DNA of 63,785 nucleotides, the filler included, from Nemertoderma westbladi (Eukaryota; Animalia; Xenacoelomorpha): NCBI GenBank assembly GCA_032718475.1. It is 3 parts of 3 records of this genome, joined end to end, with 100 filler letters (N's around TTAATTAATTAA, not from the genome) between each part and the next. Parts side by side here need not be neighbours in the genome. Positions count along the whole stretch, not along the records: positions 1 to 29,266 come from JAUCBJ010005933.1; positions 29,367 to 47,850 come from JAUCBJ010000034.1; 1 more part is not named here. The stretch is one strand, 5' to 3'. A model generated the notes under the pieces. That model was not told where the DNA came from, did not search any database, and was given only the letters and a program-made list of their open reading frames with translations. Positions within the stretch are counted from its first letter, which is position 1. The number at the start of each line of letters is the position of its first letter. Of the stretch, positions 24,734-35,403 are shown in pieces. A program made the translations under genes and the position numbers.

Positions 24734-25878
24734 CTAGCGAGATTCTGATAATTTTATTTTCTTTTGTGCATTCTCCTTTGTAGATCGTGGAGTTTTTAAT
24801 ATACAATCATTATTTACAAAAATATTAATCAATTTGCGAGTAGATGCGCGAGTTATTTCCAGACAATAGACAGATGACAAATAACAAAAAACGGTTTCTA
24901 GAGATTTTCGGCAAAATTCTGATTTTAAATTTATAAACAACATATAACAATAAAATGTGAATATACAAGTCTTGTCATCTGGTTTCCTTAATCCACCGCG
25001 GTCAAGTCTGTTTAAATATGAGCCATATTTTAAGTAGTATTGTCTATTGTCAGCTGGTATGTCCTCATGAGTTGCACTTATATACCCCGCGATATACACC
25101 AGTGCTTGTTTATTATCATCAGAAATAGAGTCCTCCAGTTCTTCCAAGTTGTCCAGTAATTCGCATTCGTCTTCACTCAATGTAGATGGACAGTTCTCAC
25201 AAACATGTTGTTGATTTCCTTCAACAGTGCTTCCCAATTCTAGCAAAAGTTTGCTAACCAAGATTCTCGACTTTTCCAATGCCTGTTGACAATTAATAAA
25301 GTATGTTCCACCTGATCCTTGACGCAGAACTCCAAACATACTTTCCACATCATCGCTGTTGTGTTCCCCAATCATGACAAAGTCAGCTGTCTCAAGACGT
25401 TTATGGACTAAATCGACAAGACCACGACAGGTATGCGATAAGGCGGTACCAGTATCTTTTGTTAAAGTTCTAAATCTCTCATTGGGTTTCACTGTATTGG
25501 TCATGGAGTCGGCCATATCAGCAATGTCTACCAATGTCTGTAACCGAGGATCGGAATTTAATCGAATAACAGCACGATCTTCGTCTCTTGAACGGATATC
25601 TGCGCCAACTGTGCGAACATTCACAATTCGCCAAAAGAGTATAATTATTTTTAAGAATTCGACAGTTTCTTTCACTTCGTCTTGGTCCACAAGACGAGAA
25701 GACTCGAAGGCCGCAACTGTTTCTACACAGAAAATTCGCAAACATAATCCAACACGCTGTCGTTCGATCAGTTTTGGCCTAACTGCTGCTTCGTTCAATC
25801 TAGAGAGTTTAACTAGTGAGTCCTTCTCCGTTTCATAAAGTTCAACGAGATGTGACCACTTTGCAACTCCAGTTTTAC
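24734..25878 (-). mobile_element. P-element/THAP9-like transposase, intact C-terminal part (about 380 aa), N-terminus replaced by satellite
   Basis: KLSRLNEAAVRPKLIERQRVGLCLRIF, FWRIVNV, SDDVESMFGVLRQGSGG (catalytic Glu region), YIAGYI and LDRGGLRKP fit P-element family C-terminal motifs; no stops. Confidence 0.85.
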
Positions 25879-26173
25879 CAAACTGTACCAAACCACCATA
25901 TACTGTACCTGCTCTGTACTTTACCGTAACCGTACCATACCGACATACCTCGTACAATACTTCACCATATCGTACTAAACTGTACCAAACCACCATATAC
26001 TGTACTGTACCGTAACCATACCGACATACCTCGTACAATACTTTACCATATCGTACTAAACTGTACCAAACCACCATATACTGTACTGTACCGTAACCAT
26101 ACCGACATACCTCGTACAATACTTTACCATATCGTACTAAACTGTACCATACCGACATACCTCGTACAATACT
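25878..26173. repeat. Further copies of the 80-bp pentamer satellite abutting the transposase
   Basis: Same unit as 20301-23730. Confidence 0.92.
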
Positions 26174-26765
26174 TTTGTTCGCGCTTTCAGACCTTTGGCA
26201 GTTTAACCCACCAAATCAAGATGTCTTCTAGATATTAAATCAGTTTTTAGTCTATGACAAGTATTTGATTCACTACACTAGTCGAAACCAATCCGTGCGC
26301 GACCATTCACCCGCTGGAGATTCCCGGGAGATTGGGTTCGACGGTTTAATTTTATTGCTATGTAAGCCTAATGTATTATTCGACTGACAGTATTATATAA
26401 TCTCTGACAATATTATTCACCTTCGGGAATATTAACAGTTCCTTTAGGACGTGGCGCTTTATCTATATAAACAGAGTTATGACTTAAACTACTCACAACG
26501 ATATGGCTTAATTATAATTCACATATATGGCGCATTCTTTAGGAATGCTTCTTTAACAGACTCACTCATACACAATGCTGCACAATACTGCACACTAATC
26601 TGCCGATCTTCACTGATTTTAGTCACATATAAAAGGAACACAGACTGGCTCATGTAGGGTCTATCAAATAACATTAGATTCACTTCAAACCACTTTAACA
26701 TAAGTCACAATCGTTTATCTGTAACCTTTCTCTCTTACCTTCGGTATATCAAGAATATTGGGTTT

Positions 26766-27403
26766 CGGGGTTATTTCTCGTTATTCCAAATATAATTATT
26801 CATCAACCATATTATGAAGAACTGACAGTAAATAGCAGTATAAAACAACAACTGAACACTGATTGTTATGAGTTTGCAATGTTTCAGCAGTCAGGATGTA
26901 TGATCAGTCATCAGTAGTCGTTAGGGTTAAAGGATATATGCCCTTTATAATTAAACCTACTAGTGTAAGACTAAAAAACAGTAAAGCACAAAATACTTCC
27001 AAGCCGTTCTTTCTTTGGCTCAGGACTGAATGTAAACACTGCACATAGGCATTGCGTCATTTCTCGGAAATTTTCTGTACAAGGAGCCACAAAAACGCTC
27101 TAATTGGCTGACTGAACTGAGAGACGCCGTAGAACAAAGGAAATCAACACGTATGAATATCAGCTGTTAACCGTAGTCATAGTAACTACTGTTCAAGAGT
27201 AGCTATCACCCCTTTGCGTCACGAATTGCCATAGAATCATAAAATATGCCTTTCACAGTACACATACGGAGGAAATAGGTCTTAGATCCTCTAAAAACAC
27301 CGATACGGCAATAATACGGTCTCTTACACTTATTAAATCAACTACAGAGTATTTTAATGTAAAAGATAATAAAAATAACGGGGCAATTCAGCAAAGGCTT
27401 TTA
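26766..27403 (+). repeat. About 620-bp dispersed duplication, copy 1 (copy 2 at 30111-30720)
   Basis: Near-identical from CGGGGTTATTT to GGCTTTTAC, with one divergent internal patch. Confidence 0.9.
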
Positions 27404-29266
27404 CACCGCTCCCAGAAAATGGGATTTTCAGTCTATAAAATATAAAAATCACAGTTTCTAAAACCTAAAGATACTCTAAACAGTTAGTCTTTCTTGCGCG
27501 GACGGCGTTTACGCAGTTTTTTAAAGCTAGCAAGAGTCCTTTTCTCTTTGGGGGGAACCACTTTACTAGGAGGGCCATAACTCCTGGGTGAAGGGTGCAA
27601 TATGATTGCATTAGAAGGTTTGGGTTTACTGTCGGTGTCTCGTCCATTTCGATATGCTTCTCCTCGAGCTGATTTTCCTCCGCTTGTCATGGGATACGTT
27701 CGTCCAAAACTCTCGCAGAGAATAGGGTTTTCTAAGCTTGATATCTCCTTTGAGATTCGAGGTTTCCCAATCGAACTGAGATAAGGCCAATTCGTTTATC
27801 GATTGGACTTACTGTTATAACTTACGTTTATCTGAACAAACGCAGGTTTCTTTTTTGATCTTTGTAGAATAGCGTTTAACTCGTTTCGTACAACGCTCTC
27901 CTTCACCTTGATGAAGGGTTGTATCGCGTCAAACGGGGACGACCATACGGTTGGATAGTGATATTAGGTGTCCGCGTCATAATCCGGCTAGGTAAGATGG
28001 GCGGCTAGCTAGAAATCACTGTCGGAGTGTTACCGATTAATTGTTAGGGTAGCACTAGATCTTGAACAGTGAATACCGTCCGCGAGGATCCGCGACACCA
28101 CCAGGATCGCAGGTCTGAGGTCCAACTAAGGAATGAGGAGGTTTGACCGAGTATTCCGGGACTCTGATCGTAGGTTTACTCTAGGATCGTTAGAGCCGAG
28201 TGAGCATAGGTGATACGTTAAACAAGTTTCGCTCGAAACTCCAGTAAATATAACGAACACAACTGTGTTTAACACAACGTTTCCGTGGATGTTTATGTCT
28301 TTCCGTTTATTGGCTGGGTCTAGGGCATTTACCGTAATAATACCAAAGACGCACGTCTGGTAGGGGAAACGCGGGTGATATTTATTTGTTGTTACAATGA
28401 TTCTATCAAGAATTCTAAATATACGTTGGAGTTACCGCGTTTATTTGTTTCTTTAGTGTCTTTGCTTTCGAGTCGATTTCGAATAGAATTTTCGCATTCG
28501 AATTTCAGTTTATGGTTCCGACTCCGCTGGGCAGGATATATAGTCGACATAGTCCGTATTATGTAAATCGATAGGATGACCAGTGGTCAAGAAGTCCATA
28601 TACGTACCATTACGATGCGTGTAGCGAGCAGTGAACTTTCTATAATCCAATTCACGCGTAAGTTGCTCTTGGGACATTGGCGGTTCGATATAACGACCAT
28701 CGTCCTCCGTAGTAGTTGGATCAGCGTCGCCGCATATCAAGCTATCGACAAACGCTTGTAAAGGTAGAGTATATCGCTCCCCGATACTAAGACCATCTTC
28801 TATCAACTCCGTCATATCTGCTATATATGAGTTTATCCATATTATAATGAGTTTATATTTAGGCGAGCGGGCGTCGCTGCCTACCCAATCAACCCCCGGA
28901 CAGTACGAGATCCTCAGCGCCGATGTGTCGTCGCCGCTGTGCTTTCGCCAACGACGTAGCCGCACAACGACAACGACAACCGACACAAGTCACTCGACTG
29001 TCCGTCCCAAAGACTTAGATGTACTTCAGGTTTTCCTTGGAGAGTTAGGTTACTTTTACGATTGCGACTAGCTACTGTAAACACACCTTAGCAGTAACAT
29101 TCACCTATAAACTCACAAATACCACACACACAACTTGTCACAAATTACACACATTCGGGCCATTTGTCCGTTAGTCAATGCCTTCCAGAATGTCACTGTA
29201 TTATTATGTATCCTTGGATACTAGTAGTGCGCTATTTATTCTCTATGCTATTCAATGGGACAGGCT

Positions 29267-29366
29267 NNNNNNNNNNNNNNNNNNNNNNNNNNNNNNNNNN
29301 NNNNNNNNNNTTAATTAATTAANNNNNNNNNNNNNNNNNNNNNNNNNNNNNNNNNNNNNNNNNNNN
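29267..29366. other. Artificial contig linker N44-TTAATTAATTAA-N44
   Basis: Exactly 100 bp; the central 12-mer gives stops in all six frames. Confidence 0.97.
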
Positions 29367-29601
29367 GGCGAAAATGTTGGGGAAACAAAAGTTGCGTGGG
29401 AGGTGAGCGCGATCGGCCCGACATGAGACGCCAGGCACACAGGGTAGCGTTATCATACCCATAGGGGGCGGCCTGGAAAGCCCGGCCCCGAGAGAAAAGA
29501 ATTCCACCCCACACCCGATACTAGATCGGGATCCAGCGGGATTGTAGCGCACTTTTTTGGTTGATGCTATCTTCTTACCGGGAAGATAGCATGGGGGGGA
29601 G

Positions 29602-30105
29602 TGTTAGCTTATTCAATCCCGCCAACACCCCATAAAGTTATAAGCCGATAAGCAATATTGGGAGCCACGAGATTGGGCAATTAACCAACTCGTGCCATCC
29701 CAATAAGAGTGGGAAGGAAGCACACAATAGAGGGTCAGGGGCCAAACCCCTAACCCAGAGAGAACAGGTGGAGTGAACGGGAATACTCCACGGGGCGCCA
29801 ACAAGGGTATTAACCAATCAGAGGGGGGGAATGGCATCGATTGAGTAGCAGTAAGGCCACCGTGCAATATAACCAATAACCTATTAATCAGTGATTCAGT
29901 TATCTCAGTGCAGCAGTGCTAGCGTAGGGTACAGCCAATTAGTTTAGTTAGGGGATCACGGGACTTTAGTTACCGTATCCCGCCTGCCGTACACATTCAC
30001 AATATATCTATATCCTATAACCTCCTATTATACACCGAACTTCAGAACTCAGTTATCTTTATTTCACTCTTATACACGGCGGGGACGCGTGGACTAAATA
30101 CCACA
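29602..30105 (+). mobile_element. Probable 3' LTR of an LTR retrotransposon truncated at the contig edge
   Basis: PPT-like GGGGGGGAG immediately before TGTTAG at 29602; candidate CCACA end near 30105; no partner LTR in the window. Confidence 0.45.
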
Positions 30106-30110
30106 TCGGA

Positions 30111-30720
30111 CGGGGTTATTTATCGTTATTCCAAATATAATTATTCATCAACCATATTATGAAGAACTGACAGCAAATAGCAGTATCAAACAACAAGTCA
30201 GTACCGGTATGTCAGCAATGAGATATAGGCATGCAGGTCCGTTAAAGGATATATGCCCTTTATAATTAAACCTACTAGTGTACGACTAAAAAGCAGTACA
30301 GCACAAAAATACTTCCAAGCCGTTCTTTCTTTGGCTCAAGACTGAATGTAAACACTGCACATAGGCATTGCGTCATTTCTCGGAAATTCTCTGTACAAGG
30401 AGCCACAAAAACGCTCTCATTGGCTGACTGAGCTGAGAGACGCCGTAGAACAAAGGAAATCAACACTTATGAATGTCAGCTGTTAACCGTAGTCATAGTA
30501 ACTACTGTTCAAGAGTAGCTATCACCCTTTTGCGTCACGAATTGCCATAGAATCATAAAATATGCCTTTCACAGTACACATACGGAGGAAATAGGTCTTA
30601 GATCCTCTAAAAACACAGATACAGCAATAATACGGTCTCTTACACTTATTAAATCAACTACAGAGTATTTTAATGTAAAAGATAATAAAAATAACGGGGC
30701 AATTCAGCAAAGGCTTTTAC
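30111..30720 (+). repeat. About 610-bp dispersed duplication, copy 2
   Basis: Matches 26766-27403. Confidence 0.9.
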
Positions 30721-30721
30721 A

Positions 30722-31735
30722 GAATGACTTAAGTACACAGTGAGTTGGCTACATTAATGCCAACATTATTGCAACATGTTTTATTGTTGGATTACTCTCT
30801 GTCAGTCTCCCCTTCAGAACATTGTATAGGGAATTTACTTTAGTTTACTCTACTGTGCCATTCAGCTGAATGGATTTGAGCGATTGCCAAGTACAGAGTT
30901 GGATCATTCCCTGACCATAGGCAAAGACATCAAATATTTTTAAAAATATACTTTTTCCATGTTTTTTTTTCTGACCAAAAATTTCAAAAAAAAATTTTTC
31001 GTAGCCAGTACTGCCAATCGATTCGCCATCAAAAATAACGCAAAAAATTTTTTTTGCAAAATTTTAAATTACTGTAAATTTTTGGCGACTGGGGGGGGTA
31101 AATTTTTTTCGATCCGCTATAACTCCGGAACTCTTTGTCCAAATTCGATGGGGTTTTCATTTTTCAACTTAATTCGATGTCCTCTTTCAGCCTATCCATG
31201 TTTCGAAACCCCAAACAGCGCCGTTCAAAGATTATATTTTTCTAGTTCTAGAATTTTACAAATTTCAAAAAAGTTGCAGTATTTTATTAACGCCTTTACG
31301 GAATTCGATAGCGGTTTCGATTTTTATATTAAACGCAATATCCTGAATCTCACTAGCCTAGTTTCGCGTCACCAATGCCAAGACTTCATACTTTTTGAGG
31401 AAAATTTTTCTAGAATAATTTGTATTTAATTACATTTATAGCGATTTCTTATTACTGGTTGCACATGAATTGATGGAGTTTTCAATTTATTAACTAAACA
31501 CGATATCGCGCATCGCACCAGTGTGGTTTCGAAATTCCAAAACGAGGTCTTCACTAGTTGCAGGTCGATTTTGTTCTAGAATTGAGCAACTATTAATAGA
31601 TCGAATTTATTAATAATTATTTTATGAAATATGATTGTATTTTTACATAATTATTAGTTCTATACTAATTCTCGTTGTCTCTTTCATTTAAAATAAAAAG
31701 TCGGTTCCTTATCGGGCCGCTAGGCCCGTCACTAG
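30722..31735 (+). mobile_element. 5'-truncated Helitron2/HINE-type non-autonomous element A
   Basis: Highly similar to 32222-33237; ends TCGGTTCCT, hairpin CGGGCC-GCTA-GGCCCG, CTAG. Confidence 0.8.
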
Positions 31736-33237
31736 TTAGGAACCGAGAGGTTCATTACTGTAAGAATTGCTCGAGACTGGCTGGCTGGCTGGCTGGCTGA
31801 CTGACTGACTAATCTACAGCCAAAACTACTCTAACGATTTTGATGAAATTTTCACAGCGGCTGGATACCGCGATTCTAAGGTCCCTGGTATGTTCCGCTA
31901 TTTCGTCCATGAGCCGTGGGCTCGAAAAATAGACATAAACGAAAAAACGCCATAGGCGCAATGGTAAAATAACACCCATGACAGCTGGTGTCGTGATGAA
32001 AAATGGCTTATGTAATGCATTTCTACAGAAGGCTTAGTAATAAATCGATGAGGTTGCCAAGATTATTATACTCAGTACACCCATACTGTTTGTATAGGCC
32101 ACCACTCTCTGTCAAAGCAAACATTATTAACTGGTTGGTTTAGTTTGAAATCTAATATCGCCTCAGCTGAATTACTCTTCCCAATGCAATCTATGGGAAT
32201 ATCTCACTCTGCTAATGTAAGCTGAATGACTGTTACGTACACATTGAGTTGGCTACATTAATGCCAACATTATTGCAAAATGTTTTATTGTTGGATTACT
32301 CTCTGTCAGTCTCCCCTTCAGAACATTGTATAGGGAATTTACTTTAGTTTACTCTACTGTGCCATTCAGCTGAATGGATTTGAGCGATTGCCAAGTTACA
32401 GAGTTGGATCATTCTCTGACCATAGGCAAAGACATCAAATCTTTTTAAAAATATACTTTTTCCATGTTTTTTTTCTGACCAAAAATTTCAAAAAAAAATT
32501 TTTCGTAGCCAGTACTGCCAATCGATTCGCCATCAAAAATAACGCAAAAATTTTTTTTTGCAAAATTTTAAATTACTGTAAATTTTTGGCGACTGGGGGG
32601 GGGGTCAATTTTTTTGATCCGCTATAACTCCGGAACGCTTTGTCCAAATTCGATGGGGTTTTCATTTTTCAACTTAATTAGATGTCCTCTTTCAGCCTAT
32701 CCATGTTTCCAAACCCCAAACAGCGCCGTTCAAAAAATAATTTTTTCCAGTTCTAGAATTTTACAAATTTCAAAAAAGTCTCAGTATTTTATTAACGCCT
32801 TTACGGAATTCGATAGCGTTTTCGATTTTTATATTAAACGCAATATCCTGAATCTCACTAGCCTAGTTTCGCGTCACCAACGCCAAGACTTCATACTTTT
32901 TGAGGAAAATTTTTCTAGAATAATTTTTATTTAATTACATTTATCGCGATTTCTTATTACTGGTTGCACATGAATTGATGGAGTTTTCAATTTATTAACT
33001 AAACACGATATCGCGCATCGCACCAGCGTGGTTTCGAAATTCCAAAACGAGGTCTTCACTAGTTGCAGGTCGATTTTGTTCTAGAATTGAGTAACTAATA
33101 ATAGATCGAATTTATTAATAATTATTGTATGAAATATGATTGTATTTTTACATAATTATTAGTTCTATAATAATTCTCGTCTCTTTTATTTGAAATAAAA
33201 AGTCGGTTCCTTATCGGGCCGCTAGGCCCGTCACTAG
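31736..33237 (+). mobile_element. Complete Helitron2/HINE-type non-autonomous element B
   Basis: 5' AGGAACCGA inside hairpin GAACC-GAGA-GGTTC; (CTGG/CTGA)n microsatellite; 3' inverted TCGGTTCCT, GC hairpin, CTAG. Confidence 0.82.
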
Positions 33238-35047
33238 TTAGCAAGTCGTTAGACTTGATTACTGTAAGAAAAAAAAGCTACTGACTACTGACTACTGACT
33301 ACTGGCTACTGGCTACTGGCTACTGACTACTGGCTACTGGCTACTGGCTACTGACCTAGAGCAAAAACGGCTCTAACGATTTTGATGAAATTTTGCATGG
33401 ACCATGAAAATGGATTTCTAAGGGTACTTGTGAAATCGCGGTTTAAATTGAAACATCTCAACTTGTTTTATTTCGAAAAATAGCCCCAAAACACTAAAAT
33501 TGCCATAGGCGCAATGATAAAACACCAGCTGGCACTCATGAAAAATGCATAGAGATGGCCTGGTAATGCATTCAATAGGAAGGCCAACTAACAAAGAAGT
33601 ACTTTCTCTGCCAAGTTTTATTATCACTCTACTATACAACCCAGACAGTAAGCAAACATTAATTTGTTTAACTGGCTATTACAGTTTCAGCTGAATAACT
33701 CTTCCCAATGCATCCTTGCTATGTTAATTAATTGGCGTGCAAGCTAAATGACTGTTAGTTAAACAGTGTGTTGGCTACACAGTGTATTGTGGGGCGAGAC
33801 ACGTAGTCGGCGAGCCTTTGCATACGGTTCATATAGGGCAAATGGGGCATGTCCGTCTGTCTGTCCGTCTGTCTGTCTGTCCGTCCGTCTGTCTGGTAAA
33901 TGTTTGAACGCGAATTTCTCGGCATCGTTCGTTCGGAATTGAACCAAACTTAGTAGGTAAGTAGTAGAGAGAAAGTTTAGAAAGTTTGTAAAGTTTGGTG
34001 AAAAATCATGCAGTCTGACGTCAGCTACGACAGATTATGTGGTTTTTAGAAAATGTTAAATTTCTCGGGAAGGCCTCATTTTCCTGAGCTGAAATTTTGG
34101 TGGCCTGTAGAGAATCATGATGTCTATCTTTTACGAAATTGAAAAGTTAAGACATTTAATTGGGGATCCGCTAGAGACTCAGAAGTAATGACATAGGCCT
34201 ACCGGTACGGTACTGCTGTACAGTGCTGCACTGGTAAGTACGAAATTGCAGAATAACAATTTGACACCACCTAGCGGATTAACATATGATTGTATATCGA
34301 ATGAATACATTTATAGCATGGGATATGGGGTCCAAACTAGACATGCCCCATTTGCTCTATATGAACCGTATGCCAAGGCTTGCCGACTACGTGCTGCGCG
34401 AAGTCCCCACGAACGTGTACTATGCTCTCATCGAATTATTGTTTTATTTTGAAATCTTTGTGCCAACATTAATACTGTGGAGGCTGTATGCTTATAGGGC
34501 TGGATATTTACTCAGCCTCAAAATGATTCTCCATAAGGCTAACATTATTGTTTGAAATATAAAAATCTGTTATAATAATAATATAATTGTTATATTTAAT
34601 TAATATCGTGGTTTACATTGAACAGTGTAAATTGTTAATCGCGGTTTACATTGAAACATCTCAACTTGTTTTATTTATTACAAAAATAAGAACGAATTTG
34701 TCTTATCACTTCTTGTGCGCGATTGTATTGAATTCATGACAACTGCTGTTATTGTTATTAATCAATTGACACCTCGACTCCTCTCTGAGACTCTGACTAC
34801 TCTATCCGATAGAATAAAATAATCATTTCGCTAACTGCTATAATCTATCTTCTATAATCACAACAGCTTTTATAATTCATTAGATGATTACAACATAATA
34901 ATTATAGTTTGAAGTTGTCTAGAAAAATTTTCGTACACCACCGGGACTACCCTCACACTAATTGATTATCAGACAGAACAAAAAGCTTTTACTTGACTCG
35001 TACTGTCTCCTACGACTTGCTTCACGGGCCGCTAGGCCCGTCTCTAG
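33238..35047 (+). mobile_element. Helitron2/HINE-type element C (different subfamily) carrying a nested MITE
   Basis: 5' AGCAAGTCGT inside hairpin CAAGTC-GTTA-GACTTG; (CTACTGR)n heptamer tract; 3' ACGACTTGCT at 35012, the same GC hairpin, CTAG at 35044-35047. Confidence 0.78.
33789..34410. mobile_element. MITE-like element with about 60-bp terminal inverted repeats
   Basis: CACGTAGTCGGCGAGCCTTTGCATACGGTTCATATAGGGCAAATGGGGCATGTC (33800-33853) recurs inverted at 34340-34393 with few mismatches; internal (TCTG/TCCG)n. Confidence 0.8.
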
Positions 35048-35049
35048 TG

Positions 35050-35403
35050 GTAGAGTGCATCATATCAGCGGGCATATAACCATTTACCAGTATTGCATTG
35101 ACCAACAATGTAATTGCACAAACAAGGTTGAAACCACATCCATAGATTAATTAGATGCTCAGCCGTCAAACCATCCGGTCCAGTAGCTTTGCCAGTTGAA
35201 ATGTCGAGCAATGAATCTAAAACATTTTTAAATGTAACACGATTTATTTCAATATTTATAGCACCCTCTACAATTTGATTGACATATGAACTATTGGTAT
35301 CGTCTTTTACACAATTAAACAGTTCATTACAATGATCTTTCAACATATTCGTAGCACCAGTATCCTTACCAATTCTATGGCTATAAAGCAAATTATTTGT
35401 CAA
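35050..35403 (-). mobile_element. LINE ORF2 fragment just N-terminal of the RT
   Basis: LLDISTGKATGPDGLTAEHL matches the KA.GPDG...E.L motif. Confidence 0.65.

Noticed and set aside
29267-29366. TTAATTAATTAA island as a genomic motif (also at 47895-47906)
   Set aside because: Identical placement in two exact 100-bp N-linkers shows a synthetic six-frame stop spacer
26766-30720. The two 620-bp duplicates as LTRs of one element
   Set aside because: No TG..CA or other inverted ends, no TSD, PBS or PPT, and they lie on different contigs
30959-32934. Duplicated Phe/Lys-rich ORFs
   Set aside because: AT-rich interior of the HINE-type elements; the frame differs between the two copies
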